Source: Desulfobacterales bacterium (GTDB taxonomy: Bacteria > Desulfobacterota > Desulfobacteria > Desulfobacterales > UBA2174). Taken from it: a stretch of 64,000 nucleotides of DNA. The translations under genes were made by a program, and so were the position numbers. A model generated the notes under the pieces. That model worked only from the letters and a program-made list of their open reading frames with translations. It was not told the DNA's origin and did not search any database. Where the stretch lies: assembly GCA_963668645.2 (NCBI GenBank), contig CAXXWC010000021.1, forward strand, positions 992,001-1,056,000. The letters run 5' to 3'. Within the stretch, counting starts at the first letter, position 1. Every line of letters starts with the position of its first letter. Positions 30,286 through 40,641 of this stretch are shown one piece after another.

Positions 30286-31971
30286 GTGCCGGATACAATA
30301 ACTTCCACCCCAAAAGGCCTGCGCCGGTTGACCCTGGGCCAAATTCTCGACGAGACCGTGGCCCGCTTTGCCGAACGGGAAGCCGTGATCTACGTCGATC
30401 GCGACTTTCGCCTGACCTGGCGCCAGTTCGGAGACCTGGTCGACCGGTTGGCCCGCGGTTTGATGGCCCTGGGGATCGGCCGCGGCGAAAAGGTCGCCGT
30501 CTGGGCCACCAACATCCCCTACTGGGTCGCACTGCAGTTCGCCACGGCCAAGATCGGCGCCGTGCTGCTCACCGTCAATACGAACTACCGGCGCAACGAG
30601 CTGGACTATCTGCTGCGCCAGAGCGAGACGGAAAACCTTTTTATTATCGACGGCTACCAGGATATCGACTACCTGTCGGTGGTCTACGAGCTTTTGCCCG
30701 AATTGCGCCTCCAGCAGCGCGGCTACCTGGAAAGCGAGCGCTACCCCCACCTCAAGCGCGTCTTTTTCCTCGGCCAGGAGAAGCATCGCGGCATGTATTC
30801 CATCCCCGAGCTGCTGTCCATGGCCGCCATGACCGGCGCCGACGAATACGCCCAACGCCAGGCGGCCCTGGACTGCGACGACGTGGTCAATATGCAGTAC
30901 ACCTCGGGCACCACCGGATTTCCCAAAGGGGTGATGCTCACCCACTACAACATCGGCAACAACGGCTTCTGGATCGGCGAGAACCAGCGGTTCAGCGAAA
31001 ACGATCGCGTCTGTCTGCCCGTGCCGCTGTTTCACTGTTTCGGCTGTGTGCTGGGTGTGCTGGCCGCCGTCAGTCACGGCACCTGCATGGTGATCCTGGA
31101 AAAATTCGACCCGATCCAGGTCATGGCCAGCGTGGAACAGGAGCGATGCACCGCCCTGTACGGCGTGCCGACGATGTTCATCGCCGCGTTGCAGCACTGG
31201 CTGTTCGACAAGTTCGACTTTTCCAGCCTGCGTACCGGGATCATGGCCGGCTCACCGTGCCCGGTCCAGGTGATGCGTGCGGTGATGGAAAAGATGCACA
31301 TGCACGAAATCACCATCTGCTACGGGCTGACCGAAGGTTCGCCGGTGATCACCCAGACCCTGGTGACGGACGACGTGCGGCGCCGCACCGAAACCGTGGG
31401 CCGTCCCATGCCCCACATCGAGGTGCGCATCGCCGACCCGGAGACCGGCCAGGTGCTGCCGGCCGGCCGCCAGGGCGAAATCTGTTGCCGGGGCTACAAC
31501 GTGATGAAGGGCTATTACAACATGCCTGAGGCGACCACCGAAGCCATCGATGCCGACGGGTGGCTCCACTCGGGCGATCTGGGGGTAATGGACGAAGATG
31601 GCTACCTGGCGATCACCGGACGGCACAAGGACATGATCATCCGCGGCGGCGAAAACATCTACCCGCGCGAGATCGAAGAGTACCTTTACGGACTCGAAGG
31701 GCTCTCCGACGTTCAGGTGGTCGGGGTGCCCAGCACCCGGTACGGCGAGGAGGTCGGCGCCTTCGTCATCACCAAGCCGGGGGCGGATCTGAGCGCCGCC
31801 GACGTACGCGATTTTTGCCGCGGCCGCATCAGCCGCTACAAGATTCCCAAGCACGTCGCCTTCGTGGACGCCTATCCGATGACGGCCAGTGGCAAGGTGC
31901 AAAAGTACAAGCTGGTGGATCTGTCCCGCACTCTTTTCCCGGACGACGATCCGGAAAAGCACCAGCAATGA
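30286..31971 (+). CDS. AMP-binding acyl-CoA synthetase
   Basis: QYTSGTTGFPKG, PLFHCFG, YGLTE, WLHSGDLG, RGGENIYPREIE, GKVQK. AGGAGG RBS before GTG 30286. Confidence 0.92.
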   Translation: MPDTITSTPKGLRRLTLGQILDETVARFAEREAVIYVDRDFRLTWRQFGDLVDRLARGLMALGIGRGEKVAVWATNIPYWVALQFATAKIGAVLLTVNTNYRRNELDYLLRQSETENLFIIDGYQDIDYLSVVYELLPELRLQQRGYLESERYPHLKRVFFLGQEKHRGMYSIPELLSMAAMTGADEYAQRQAALDCDDVVNMQYTSGTTGFPKGVMLTHYNIGNNGFWIGENQRFSENDRVCLPVPLFHCFGCVLGVLAAVSHGTCMVILEKFDPIQVMASVEQERCTALYGVPTMFIAALQHWLFDKFDFSSLRTGIMAGSPCPVQVMRAVMEKMHMHEITICYGLTEGSPVITQTLVTDDVRRRTETVGRPMPHIEVRIADPETGQVLPAGRQGEICCRGYNVMKGYYNMPEATTEAIDADGWLHSGDLGVMDEDGYLAITGRHKDMIIRGGENIYPREIEEYLYGLEGLSDVQVVGVPSTRYGEEVGAFVITKPGADLSAADVRDFCRGRISRYKIPKHVAFVDAYPMTASGKVQKYKLVDLSRTLFPDDDPEKHQQ

Positions 31972-33572
31972 CACCCTACCGCATCGATGCCGTTCTGTTC
32001 GATTTCGACGGTACCCTGACCTGCCCCGGGGCCCTCGATTTTGCCGCCGTGCGCCGGGAGATCCAATGCCTGGCGGACCGACCGGTCCTCGAATTCATCC
32101 AAAGCCTGCCGAGCGCCGAGGCCCGGCGCCGGGCCCACGAAATCCTCGATGCGCACGAGGCCGCCGCCGCCGCCGCTTCGCAGCCGGCCCCCGGCGCCGA
32201 ATCGCTCGTTGCCTGGCTGGCCGCCCAGCGCATCCCTTGCGGCATCCTGACGCGCAACAGCCGCCGCTCCGTCCAGCGCGCCCTGGGCAATTTCGACGCG
32301 ATCGGCGTCGAGAATTTCGCCGTCATCGTCACCCGTGAATCGCCGGTGGCGCCCAAACCGAGCGGAGACGGCGTTCTGCTGGCCGCCGAACGGCTTGGCA
32401 TTGCACCGGAGCGGATTCTGGTGGTGGGCGACTTTGACTTCGACATGGAAGCCGGCCGCCGGGCCGGAGCGCTGACCGCTCACGTGGGCGGCGGCGACCG
32501 GGTGCCGCCGTGCGATTTTCCCGTCGCCGAACTTGCGGCTCTCCAAGACGTCATTCGCATGGGGTTGCCGCTGACGCCGGGCAAGCTGCCCAACGATCTT
32601 CTCGAACGTTTTCTGGCCGATTTTCAGGTGGCTGCCGATCCGTCGCTCATCGTCCAGCCGGGAATCGGCCAGGACACGGCGGCGGTGGCCATCGACGGCA
32701 CCGACACCTTGGTGCTGACATCGGATCCGATCACCTTCGCCACCGACCGCATCGGCCACTATGCCGTTTTGGTCAACGCCAACGATATGGCCACCTCCGG
32801 GGCAATCCCGCGCTGGCTGCTCGTCAGCCTGCTGCTGCCGCCGGGGACCACTCCCAGCCAGGTGCGCCAGATAATGCACGAGCTGTGCGAAACCTGCTCC
32901 CGCCATGGAATCGTCCTTTGCGGCGGGCATACCGAAATCAGCGACGCCGTCACCCGGCCGGTGATCAGCGCTACCATGACCGGAACCGTGGCGCGCTCCG
33001 CCCTGATCGAAAAGCATGCCATGACCCCCGGAGACCGGATCCTGGTGACCAAGGCTGTGGCGGTGGAAGGCACGGCGATCATCGCCCGCGAACGCGGCGC
33101 CGAGCTGCTGCAACGGGGCCTGGAAAAGGAAGTCCTCCAACGGGCCCAAGCCCTGATCGAACAGATCGGGATTTTGGATGAGGCCCGGATCTGCGTTGAT
33201 TCGGGCGCGGTGACGGCGCTCCATGATGTCACCGAGGGAGGGCTGGCCACGGCTGTCTACGAATTGGCAGCCGCAGGCGGATGCGGGCTGGACATCGATA
33301 TGGACCGGATTCCGCTCTTCGAGGAAACCCGGCGCATTTGTGCGCTGATGGGGATCGATCCCCTGGGGCTTATCGGATCGGGAAGCCTGCTGATATGCTG
33401 CCGGCCGCAGTCCGCCGCGGCCTTGGTCGAGAGGATTACAGCGGCCGGGATTCGCGCAACCCCCATCGGCACGGTGACCGACGCCCACGCCGGAGTGCAC
33501 GCCACGGCCCTGGGCCGCCGTACCGAATGGCCCTGCTTCGAAGTGGATGAAATCGCCCGCCTGTTCGCCTGA
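31968..33572 (+). CDS. HAD-family phosphatase fused to an AIR synthase (PurM/HypE/ThiL)-like domain
   Basis: N-terminal DFDGTL, TRN, KP, VGDFDFD. C-terminal GKLP, GIGQDTA, SDPITF, NANDMATSGA, GGHTEI, HDVTEGGL. ATGA overlap with the synthetase stop. Confidence 0.85.
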   Translation: MTPYRIDAVLFDFDGTLTCPGALDFAAVRREIQCLADRPVLEFIQSLPSAEARRRAHEILDAHEAAAAAASQPAPGAESLVAWLAAQRIPCGILTRNSRRSVQRALGNFDAIGVENFAVIVTRESPVAPKPSGDGVLLAAERLGIAPERILVVGDFDFDMEAGRRAGALTAHVGGGDRVPPCDFPVAELAALQDVIRMGLPLTPGKLPNDLLERFLADFQVAADPSLIVQPGIGQDTAAVAIDGTDTLVLTSDPITFATDRIGHYAVLVNANDMATSGAIPRWLLVSLLLPPGTTPSQVRQIMHELCETCSRHGIVLCGGHTEISDAVTRPVISATMTGTVARSALIEKHAMTPGDRILVTKAVAVEGTAIIARERGAELLQRGLEKEVLQRAQALIEQIGILDEARICVDSGAVTALHDVTEGGLATAVYELAAAGGCGLDIDMDRIPLFEETRRICALMGIDPLGLIGSGSLLICCRPQSAAALVERITAAGIRATPIGTVTDAHAGVHATALGRRTEWPCFEVDEIARLFA

Positions 33573-33601
33573 GAACCTGGAACTTACTCCGCCACGGCCC
33601 G

Positions 33602-34228
33602 CTAGCGCATCAGGCCGCGTCCGAAAATCTCAAAGGCCGTCTCCAGGGTCTTGGCCAGAAAATCCTTGCGATCGTCGATGATCCGCTTGCTCGTATTCCA
33701 GAGGATGACTCCGGAAAAAAGGGCCCAGAAGATATCGGCCAGGGCGGTTGGGTGCCGATCGATGAAAGCCCCCTTGCCGATCCCCTCTTCGAATACCGCC
33801 GAAATCGCCCCGATGGATTGACGTGAAAGGGTTTCGATCTGCTCCAGCAATTCCGGGGAAAGGTTTTTCAAGGTTTCGCTGGACTGGAGATGAAACATGT
33901 TGATCAAGATCAGCGGATCGAAGGCGTAGACATCGTACATGGCCTCGATCAGGGCCTTGAGCTTGCGCGCCGGCTCGACCGACTCGTTGTTAACGTGTTG
34001 AACACGGATGTGCAGGTACTGCAAAATCCGCAGGGAGAGCGAGGCGTACAGCTCTTCTTTGTTTTTGAAATAAAGGTACAGCGTTCCGGGGCTCAGTTCG
34101 GCTTCCTTGGCGATATCCTCCATCGTGGCCCGGTTAAACCCTTTTTCACTGAACACCCGCTTGGCCGCGACGATGATCTGCTGGCGCCGCCGCTCCTTTT
34201 CCCTTTCCTTGCGTTCTTGAATTCCCAT
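33602..34228 (-). CDS. TetR/AcrR family transcriptional regulator
   Basis: AAKRVFSEKGF.RATMEDIAKEAELSPGTLYLYFKNKEEL. Confidence 0.95.
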   Translation of the reverse strand: MGIQERKEREKERRRQQIIVAAKRVFSEKGFNRATMEDIAKEAELSPGTLYLYFKNKEELYASLSLRILQYLHIRVQHVNNESVEPARKLKALIEAMYDVYAFDPLILINMFHLQSSETLKNLSPELLEQIETLSRQSIGAISAVFEEGIGKGAFIDRHPTALADIFWALFSGVILWNTSKRIIDDRKDFLAKTLETAFEIFGRGLMR

Positions 34229-34433
34229 GCCAAATCATTCCTGAATATAATTTATAAGAAAAATCAAACTCCAATAAATGCAGGATCTATAATTAAGAGT
34301 TTTGATTTGGTCAAGAGAAATGTCGTACTGCAGCATATGATGGGGCGAACCAGAGGAATAGATTAACCATGCTCTGAGGATTTTCAACTGCCATTATAGA
34401 AAAATTTATCGCGGGGGATCGGCCGGTTCCGGT

Positions 34434-35339
34434 TCAAACGGTCTCGGGGGCCGGCAGGCACAAACGGTCCATGAGCCGGTCCTTTTCCTGCCACAAGTCG
34501 TTGAGCCATTCCTGGAACTGCTGGCGGAAGTCGGAGTCCTGAAAATAATCGCCGATCAAAGCGCTACCCACCGGAAGGGCCCGCACGGCCACCTTGACCT
34601 CCCGTATCCGGCCGCAAAGAAAGGCCCAAAACGACTTGGAACCCGGCGGATAAACGATGGTCACGTCCAGGACCCGATCCATTTGCCCGCCCATGGCCGA
34701 AAGGACGAAGGCCGCCCCACCGGACTTGGGCCGCAGCAGATGGCGGTACGGCGAGTTCTGGCGGTCCTGCTTGGCCCGGGTGAAACGGGTTCCCTCGACG
34801 AAATTCATCACCGTGACCGGCAACTGCCGAAACTTTTCACAGGCCCGCTGGGTGGTCTTTAGATCGCGTCCCTGAAGGTGGGGCTTGCGCGCCAAAAGCC
34901 GCTTGGAGTAACGCTTCATAAATGGGAAATCGAGGGCCCACCAGGCCAACCCGAGCACCGGCACCCAGATCAGCTCCCGCTTGAGAAAAAAGGTCAGAAA
35001 AGGAATGCGGCGGTAAAAAACCCGCTGCAAAACGAGGATATCGACCCACGACTGGTGGTTGGCCAGCACCAGATACCATCCGCGGCGCTTGAGTTCAGGA
35101 AACTCGGAGATCTGAAATCGCACGCGGGCCACCAGACGCTGGTTGAGATTGTTGCAGCCCACCCAGGCCGTGGCGATGGCGTGCAACACCCGGTTGCAGC
35201 AGCGGCGCCAGGCGGCCACGGGCACGATCAGCTTCAACAGTGCCACCGGAAAGAGCATGCTGCACCACCAAAGGGTGTTGAGCAGGTAGAGCAAAAAGCT
35301 GGCCGCGCCGCGCAGGTAACTTATGGTTGCCGAGATCAT
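34434..35339 (-). CDS. acyltransferase (YihG-like, PlsC superfamily)
   Basis: NHQSWVDI, FFLKRELIWVP.LG..WWALDFPFMKR, NFVEGTRF, LLRPKSGG, LDVTIVY. Confidence 0.88.
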   Translation of the reverse strand: MISATISYLRGAASFLLYLLNTLWWCSMLFPVALLKLIVPVAAWRRCCNRVLHAIATAWVGCNNLNQRLVARVRFQISEFPELKRRGWYLVLANHQSWVDILVLQRVFYRRIPFLTFFLKRELIWVPVLGLAWWALDFPFMKRYSKRLLARKPHLQGRDLKTTQRACEKFRQLPVTVMNFVEGTRFTRAKQDRQNSPYRHLLRPKSGGAAFVLSAMGGQMDRVLDVTIVYPPGSKSFWAFLCGRIREVKVAVRALPVGSALIGDYFQDSDFRQQFQEWLNDLWQEKDRLMDRLCLPAPETV

Positions 35340-35564
35340 CCCCGATCACTCCAGAGTTTTGAATTAACCGCACCGGTGACTCTAAAAAGTTGAGTCGCTA
35401 CCATAGCTTATCCTTGCCCACCGCCGCCAGAGTGCCAACCGTCTTTTACAATACTTTTACCTTGGACAAGTTTCGCCGCCGTCTGTTTGCCTTTCACCGC
35501 TTCCCGGTGGCATAGTAGCCTGCAATCGGCCCCACGATAACGCCACTGACAGAGGTTAGCCGCC

Positions 35565-36542
35565 ATGTTCCGCCTACCCCAATGGTTTTTGCACCCCATC
35601 GTCGTTTTCGTCTTTTCGATCCTGGCGCTGGGGTTGTCTCTCTTTTTGTACATTTACTGGTACATCGAGGTCAGCGCCGGACTTCGCAGCGTGGTACACC
35701 GGTTCCAGCTCGATCGCAAGCAGGTGTTCGAGCCCCAGACCTGGATCGTGATCCTGGTCCTGTCCCTGTTGGTCGCCATCATCCTGCTGGGCATCTTTAT
35801 CATCTTCATTTACAGCCAAAAGGCGTTGCGCCTGTACCGGATGCAAAACAATTTCATCAACAGCTTTACCCATGAGTTGAAGACCCCGGTCACCAGCCTC
35901 AAGCTCTTTTTGGAGACTTTCCTCAAGCACGATCTTGGCCCTGCCGAGCGACAGCGCTGCCTCGGTTACATGCTCGCCGATATCGGTCGCCTGGGCGACA
36001 CGATCAATCGGATCCTCGATCTGGCGCGCATCGAAAGCAAAAGCTATGTGGGCGAATTCGTCACCGCCGACCTTCACGCCGAGGTAAAACGTTTCTTCGA
36101 TGCCCACCGCGACGTTTTCGCACCGGCTGAAATCGTCGTGGGTCAACCGCCCGCCACCGCCATGCAGGTGCGTGTCGACCGGGCCCTTTTCGATATGGTG
36201 CTGATGAATCTGACAACCAATGCCCTCAAGTACAACCGCTCGAATCCCGCCCGTATCCAGATCGAGTTTTCCCAAACGCGACGCTGGCTTCAGGTACGGG
36301 TTGAAGACAACGGAATCGGCATTGCCCACGGAGAACTCAAACGGATCTTTCGCAAATTCTACCAGAGCGGGCATTCCGAAAATATGTCCGCCAAAGGCAC
36401 CGGACTCGGACTCCATCTGGTCCAACTCATCGCCCGCATGCATCGCGGCCGGGCACACGCCGAAAGTGCGGGGATCGGTCAGGGAGCCAGCCTGGTCTTG
36501 TCGCTGCCGCCGGCTCTGGAGGAAAAACCAAAACCAAATTAA
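35565..36542 (+). CDS. membrane sensor histidine kinase
   Basis: Two TM segments, THELKTP, NALKY, DNGIGI, IF.KFY, GTGLGL. Confidence 0.92.
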   Translation: MFRLPQWFLHPIVVFVFSILALGLSLFLYIYWYIEVSAGLRSVVHRFQLDRKQVFEPQTWIVILVLSLLVAIILLGIFIIFIYSQKALRLYRMQNNFINSFTHELKTPVTSLKLFLETFLKHDLGPAERQRCLGYMLADIGRLGDTINRILDLARIESKSYVGEFVTADLHAEVKRFFDAHRDVFAPAEIVVGQPPATAMQVRVDRALFDMVLMNLTTNALKYNRSNPARIQIEFSQTRRWLQVRVEDNGIGIAHGELKRIFRKFYQSGHSENMSAKGTGLGLHLVQLIARMHRGRAHAESAGIGQGASLVLSLPPALEEKPKPN

Positions 36543-36634
36543 AAAGCAGCTTTTTTTAAGTTTGTCGGCTCTGTGCCTTTGTGGTAACTGAAAACGCTGG
36601 TTATAAGGTTATCGCCCGAAACGCTGGATTTGCC

Positions 36635-37354
36635 ATGCTGTCGAGTGCCAAAAGGATTCTTGTCGTTGAAGACGAGGTGCACATTGCCGAAGGGCTGCGC
36701 CTCAACCTGACCCTGCAGGGCTACATTGTGGAGCTGGCCGGCACCGGGGCCGAGGCGATCAACGCCTGGAATCACCACCGGGCTGACCTGGTGCTGCTCG
36801 ATATCATGCTGCCGGGCATCGACGGGTTGAGCGTGCTGGAAAGCATCCGGCTTCAGGACGAACGGGTACCGGTCCTGATTCTTTCGGCCAGAGGCGCCTC
36901 GGAGGACCGGGTCAAGGGCCTGTCCACGGGAGCCGACGATTATCTACCCAAACCCTTCAATCTCGACGAACTGCTGCTGAGGATCGAACGCCTCCTGGCC
37001 CGGGCCAGTTGGGCACCGCCGGAGACGCGGGACGAACTGCCGAAAATTTATGTTTTTGGCGACAATCGCATCGATTTTTCCACCGCCGAAGCCCAGTGCC
37101 GGCAGGGCCAGGTGCGCCTGACGGATCAGGAACTCAAACTGCTCAAGCTCTTTGTACGCTTCCAGGGCCAGCCCCTGTCGCGGCATAAAATCCTCCAGGT
37201 CGGCTGGGGCTACAGTGGCCGCATGACCACACGCACCGTGGACAATTTCATCGTACGTTTTCGCAAGTACTTCGAAATCGACCCGCGCCACCCGCGCCAC
37301 TTCAAAAGCCTGCGCGCCGTAGGCTACCTCTTCGACCCCCAAGGCCTCGAATAG
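36635..37354 (+). CDS. OmpR-family response regulator
   Basis: ILVVEDE, LDIMLPG.DG, GADDYLPKPF, winged helix (TRTVDNFIVRFRK, GY.F). Confidence 0.93.
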   Translation: MLSSAKRILVVEDEVHIAEGLRLNLTLQGYIVELAGTGAEAINAWNHHRADLVLLDIMLPGIDGLSVLESIRLQDERVPVLILSARGASEDRVKGLSTGADDYLPKPFNLDELLLRIERLLARASWAPPETRDELPKIYVFGDNRIDFSTAEAQCRQGQVRLTDQELKLLKLFVRFQGQPLSRHKILQVGWGYSGRMTTRTVDNFIVRFRKYFEIDPRHPRHFKSLRAVGYLFDPQGLE

Positions 37355-37637
37355 TCTCAAAATCCGAACAAAATGGACCCGACTTTGAAGCCCCTCTCAC
37401 ATCAGGTGCGATACGGGCCGTTATGAATCGGCGGGTGGGGGCCGGCAGCCCTTCCAGGCATGTCATCATTCTTGTTTTTTTCAGCCATTTATGATTGTAT
37501 TGAACGCCAATCAGCGCCTGACGAAATCTCACGAGGGTCATCTGCCGGCATCGTCAACCTGGGAAGGTGCGGTGGCCTGGTTCTTTGTCGTATGAAGCGG
37601 CTTGAAACACAAACCCTTCACCCTCTAGCGTGCGCTT

Positions 37638-39137
37638 ATGAGTTCCGATGATGGCCAGAAAAAAATCCTGCTGCAGGCTTTAGACGCCTTCAGGCACGAC
37701 GTAGTGATCATCTCTCCGGATTTTCGCATCGTGGCCGCCAACCGCCACGCCGAAGAGAAATGGGATGGCCGGATCATCGGACAGGTGTGCCACAGCCTGC
37801 TGTACCGCCGGGAATCGCCCTGCAACGCGTGTCCCGCGGTGGAGGTGATGCGCACCGGCCTGCCGGCCGAAATGAAGCAACGCTTAGCTGTCTATCAGCT
37901 GCCCCGCAGCGTCTCATGCTTTCCGATCTTCGCCCAGGATCGCATCGAGGCCCTGGCCATGGTTGACTATGACCTTTCGCGCATGACCAATCTGGAGGAG
38001 GGCTACCAGCGCGCCAACACCTTTCTGCGCAACACCTTGCTCAACGCCGTGGACGGAATCATCGCCGCGGATATGACCGGAAAGGTGATCATCTTCAACC
38101 AGGCCGCCGCCGAAGCGACCGGATACTCGATTGCCGAAGCCCTCGACGCCCTCTACATATGGCAGATCTACCCGGAAGACGGGCGTCAAAACGCTCGAGA
38201 AATCATGCGCCAACTGCGCGGCGAAAGCTATGGCGGCAAGGGCAAACTCAAGCGCTACCATATCGACATCGTCGGCAAGAACGGTGAACGGATCCCCATC
38301 AGTCTTTACGCCTCGATCATCTATGAAGAAGAAAGGGAAATGGCTACCATCGGTTTTTTTCACGACCTGCGTGAACGGTTGCGGATGAAGGCCGAACTCG
38401 AACGGGCCCAGGTCCAGTTGCTTCAGGCCGAAAAAATGGCCTCTCTGGGCAAACTGGCCGCCGGAGTGGCCCACCAGCTCAACAACCCGCTGGGCAGCAT
38501 CACCCTGTTTGCCCAGTTGATGATCGAGGAGCACGATCTTCCGGCCGCGGCCAGGGAAGATCTGCGCCGGATCATCCATGATGCCGAACGCTGCCGGGAC
38601 ACGGTGCGCGAACTGCTCGAGTTCGCCCGCCAGACCCGCCAGCAGATGCAGCCCCAGGACATCAACCGCGCCCTGTCACGCACGCTTTTTTTGCTTAAAA
38701 ACCAGTCCCTTTTTCAAAACATCGAAATCGCCTGCACCCTGAAAGAAGGTCTGCCGCCGGTGCGGGCCGACATTCAACAGATCAACCACCTGTTTATGAA
38801 TCTGATCCTCAATGCGGCCCAGGCCATGCGCAACCATGGCCGGTTGGGCCTCAAAACCCGCATGGCGCAGGATGCGACACAGGTGTGCATCGAGGTTTCC
38901 GACACCGGCCCGGGGATCGACCCGCAAATCCTGCCCCATATCTTCGAGCCTTTTTTCACCACCAAGGATCCGGGCGAGGGAACCGGTCTCGGTTTGAGCA
39001 TGGCCTATAGCATCGTTCAGAACCATGGGGGCCAGATCCGGGTTGAAAGTATCCCGGACCAGGGGACCACCTTCATCGTAACCCTGCCGGTGGCCGGTCC
39101 CAATAACAAAGGAGACTCAAGTGAGCCCATCGCGTAA
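37638..39137 (+). CDS. cytoplasmic PAS-PAS histidine kinase (NtrB-like)
   Basis: Cys-rich PAS (CHSLL...PCNACP), second [34 protein letters not shown]. Confidence 0.92.
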   Translation: MSSDDGQKKILLQALDAFRHDVVIISPDFRIVAANRHAEEKWDGRIIGQVCHSLLYRRESPCNACPAVEVMRTGLPAEMKQRLAVYQLPRSVSCFPIFAQDRIEALAMVDYDLSRMTNLEEGYQRANTFLRNTLLNAVDGIIAADMTGKVIIFNQAAAEATGYSIAEALDALYIWQIYPEDGRQNAREIMRQLRGESYGGKGKLKRYHIDIVGKNGERIPISLYASIIYEEEREMATIGFFHDLRERLRMKAELERAQVQLLQAEKMASLGKLAAGVAHQLNNPLGSITLFAQLMIEEHDLPAAAREDLRRIIHDAERCRDTVRELLEFARQTRQQMQPQDINRALSRTLFLLKNQSLFQNIEIACTLKEGLPPVRADIQQINHLFMNLILNAAQAMRNHGRLGLKTRMAQDATQVCIEVSDTGPGIDPQILPHIFEPFFTTKDPGEGTGLGLSMAYSIVQNHGGQIRVESIPDQGTTFIVTLPVAGPNNKGDSSEPIA

Positions 39138-40629
39138 CGGCCTGCCCCCCCATGTGTTGATCATCGACGACGAAGCCGGAATTCGGGAAGGTGCGGAACG
39201 CATCTTGCGCCGCATGGGATGCCGCGTCTCCCAGGCGGCCGACGGCACTGCGGGGCTTGCCCGGCTGGCAGAGGATCCGGCCGGAGTCATCCTGCTCGAT
39301 ATGAAGATGCCCGGAATCGACGGCATGGAGGTCCTGCAGCGCATCCGCCGGGATGATCCACGCAGCATCGTGATCGTGATCACCGGCTTTGCCACCCTGG
39401 AAACCGCGGTGGAAGCCATGAAACGCGGGGCCTACGACTTTATCCCCAAACCGTTCACGCCCGACCAGCTGCGCATCGTGGTCAACCGGGCCCTGGACAC
39501 GCTGCGGCTGCGGGAAGAAGCCGAGGCCATGGCCCGCGAGCGCGAACGGACCCTGGCCGACCTGAGCCAGGAGCAGAGCCGGCTGCGCACCATCGTGGAC
39601 TCACTGCCCAGCGGATTGCTGGTCACCGACGCCGAAGGCCGCCTGGTGCTGATCAATCCGGCCCTGCGCCGCATGCTCGATCTGCCGCCGGACACGGAGG
39701 TCGGCCGTCCCATCGGATCTTACATCGGCGATGAACCGTTCTGCAGCCTGGTGCTGGACATCTCCCGGGGCCGCCACATCGATGCCGAAGACATCCCGCC
39801 GTATGAATTTTCTCCCGGAGACGACCGTTTTCTCATGGCCCGCGGCCAACCGGTGCGCGGTGCACGCCGTGAATGCCTCGGGGCACTGGTCAACGTGGTG
39901 GACATCACCGCCATGAAGATCATCGATCGGCTCAAGAGCGAATTCGTGGCCAAGGTTTCCCACGAGTTGCGCTCGCCGCTGGCCACGATCCACGAACAGT
40001 TGGCCCGGGTTCTGAGCGATCTTCTGGGCCAGGTCTCGGAAGCCGATCAGCATCTGCTCAGCCGGGCCAAGGAAAAAACCCAGGGGCTGATCTCCCTGAT
40101 CGGGGACCTGCTGGATCTGTCGCGCATCGAGGCCGGGGCGGTCTGCCAGGAGATCAAACCGGTTCAGCTCCATCGGCTCCTGGCGGAAATCGTCGATTTT
40201 CTCCAGGCCCGGGCCCGGGCCAAAGGCCAGAGCCTCGAGCTGGCCCCCGGTCCCGAAGGGCTGCCGCCGGTCAAGGCCGATCCGCTGGTCTTGGAAAGCA
40301 TTTTCGGCAACCTGGTCACCAACGCGATCAACTATACTCCAGAGGGCGGCGCCATCCAGGTCCAAGTGGATATCGAAGGGCTGAACCTGCGGGTCGCAGT
40401 GCGCGACAACGGATTCGGCATCGAGGCGCGCTACCTGGAGCGGATTTTCGAACGCTTTTTCCGCGTCAAGAACGATCAGACCCGCTACATCACCGGCACC
40501 GGCCTGGGCCTGCCCATCGTCAAGGGCCTGGTCGATTCACTCGGCGGGTTGATCCGGGTGGAAAGCACCCCGAACGCGGGCAGCACCTTCACCGTGCTGC
40601 TGCCGGTTCGGCAAGGGGAAGGCGGGTAA
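39121..40629 (+). CDS. hybrid REC-PAS histidine kinase
   Basis: N-terminal receiver (IIDDE, LDMKMPG, KPF), PAS, SHELRSPL, NAINY, DNGFGI, GTGLGL. GTG start overlaps the upstream kinase. Confidence 0.92.
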   Translation: MSPSRNGLPPHVLIIDDEAGIREGAERILRRMGCRVSQAADGTAGLARLAEDPAGVILLDMKMPGIDGMEVLQRIRRDDPRSIVIVITGFATLETAVEAMKRGAYDFIPKPFTPDQLRIVVNRALDTLRLREEAEAMARERERTLADLSQEQSRLRTIVDSLPSGLLVTDAEGRLVLINPALRRMLDLPPDTEVGRPIGSYIGDEPFCSLVLDISRGRHIDAEDIPPYEFSPGDDRFLMARGQPVRGARRECLGALVNVVDITAMKIIDRLKSEFVAKVSHELRSPLATIHEQLARVLSDLLGQVSEADQHLLSRAKEKTQGLISLIGDLLDLSRIEAGAVCQEIKPVQLHRLLAEIVDFLQARARAKGQSLELAPGPEGLPPVKADPLVLESIFGNLVTNAINYTPEGGAIQVQVDIEGLNLRVAVRDNGFGIEARYLERIFERFFRVKNDQTRYITGTGLGLPIVKGLVDSLGGLIRVESTPNAGSTFTVLLPVRQGEGG

Positions 40630-40641
40630 ATCCGGCAGGAA

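Noticed and set aside
32560..33572. Calling the AIR-synthase-like domain hypE, thiL or selD
   Set aside because: It lacks the HypE C-terminal PRIC and the SelD N-terminal Cys/Sec-x2-Lys motif, and there is no supporting gene context.
36541..36627. AAAAAGC-A-GCTTTTT palindrome and AAACGCTGG direct repeat between the kinase and the regulator
   Set aside because: The loop is too short for a terminator and the 27-bp repeat spacing does not fit OmpR-type boxes; could be chance.
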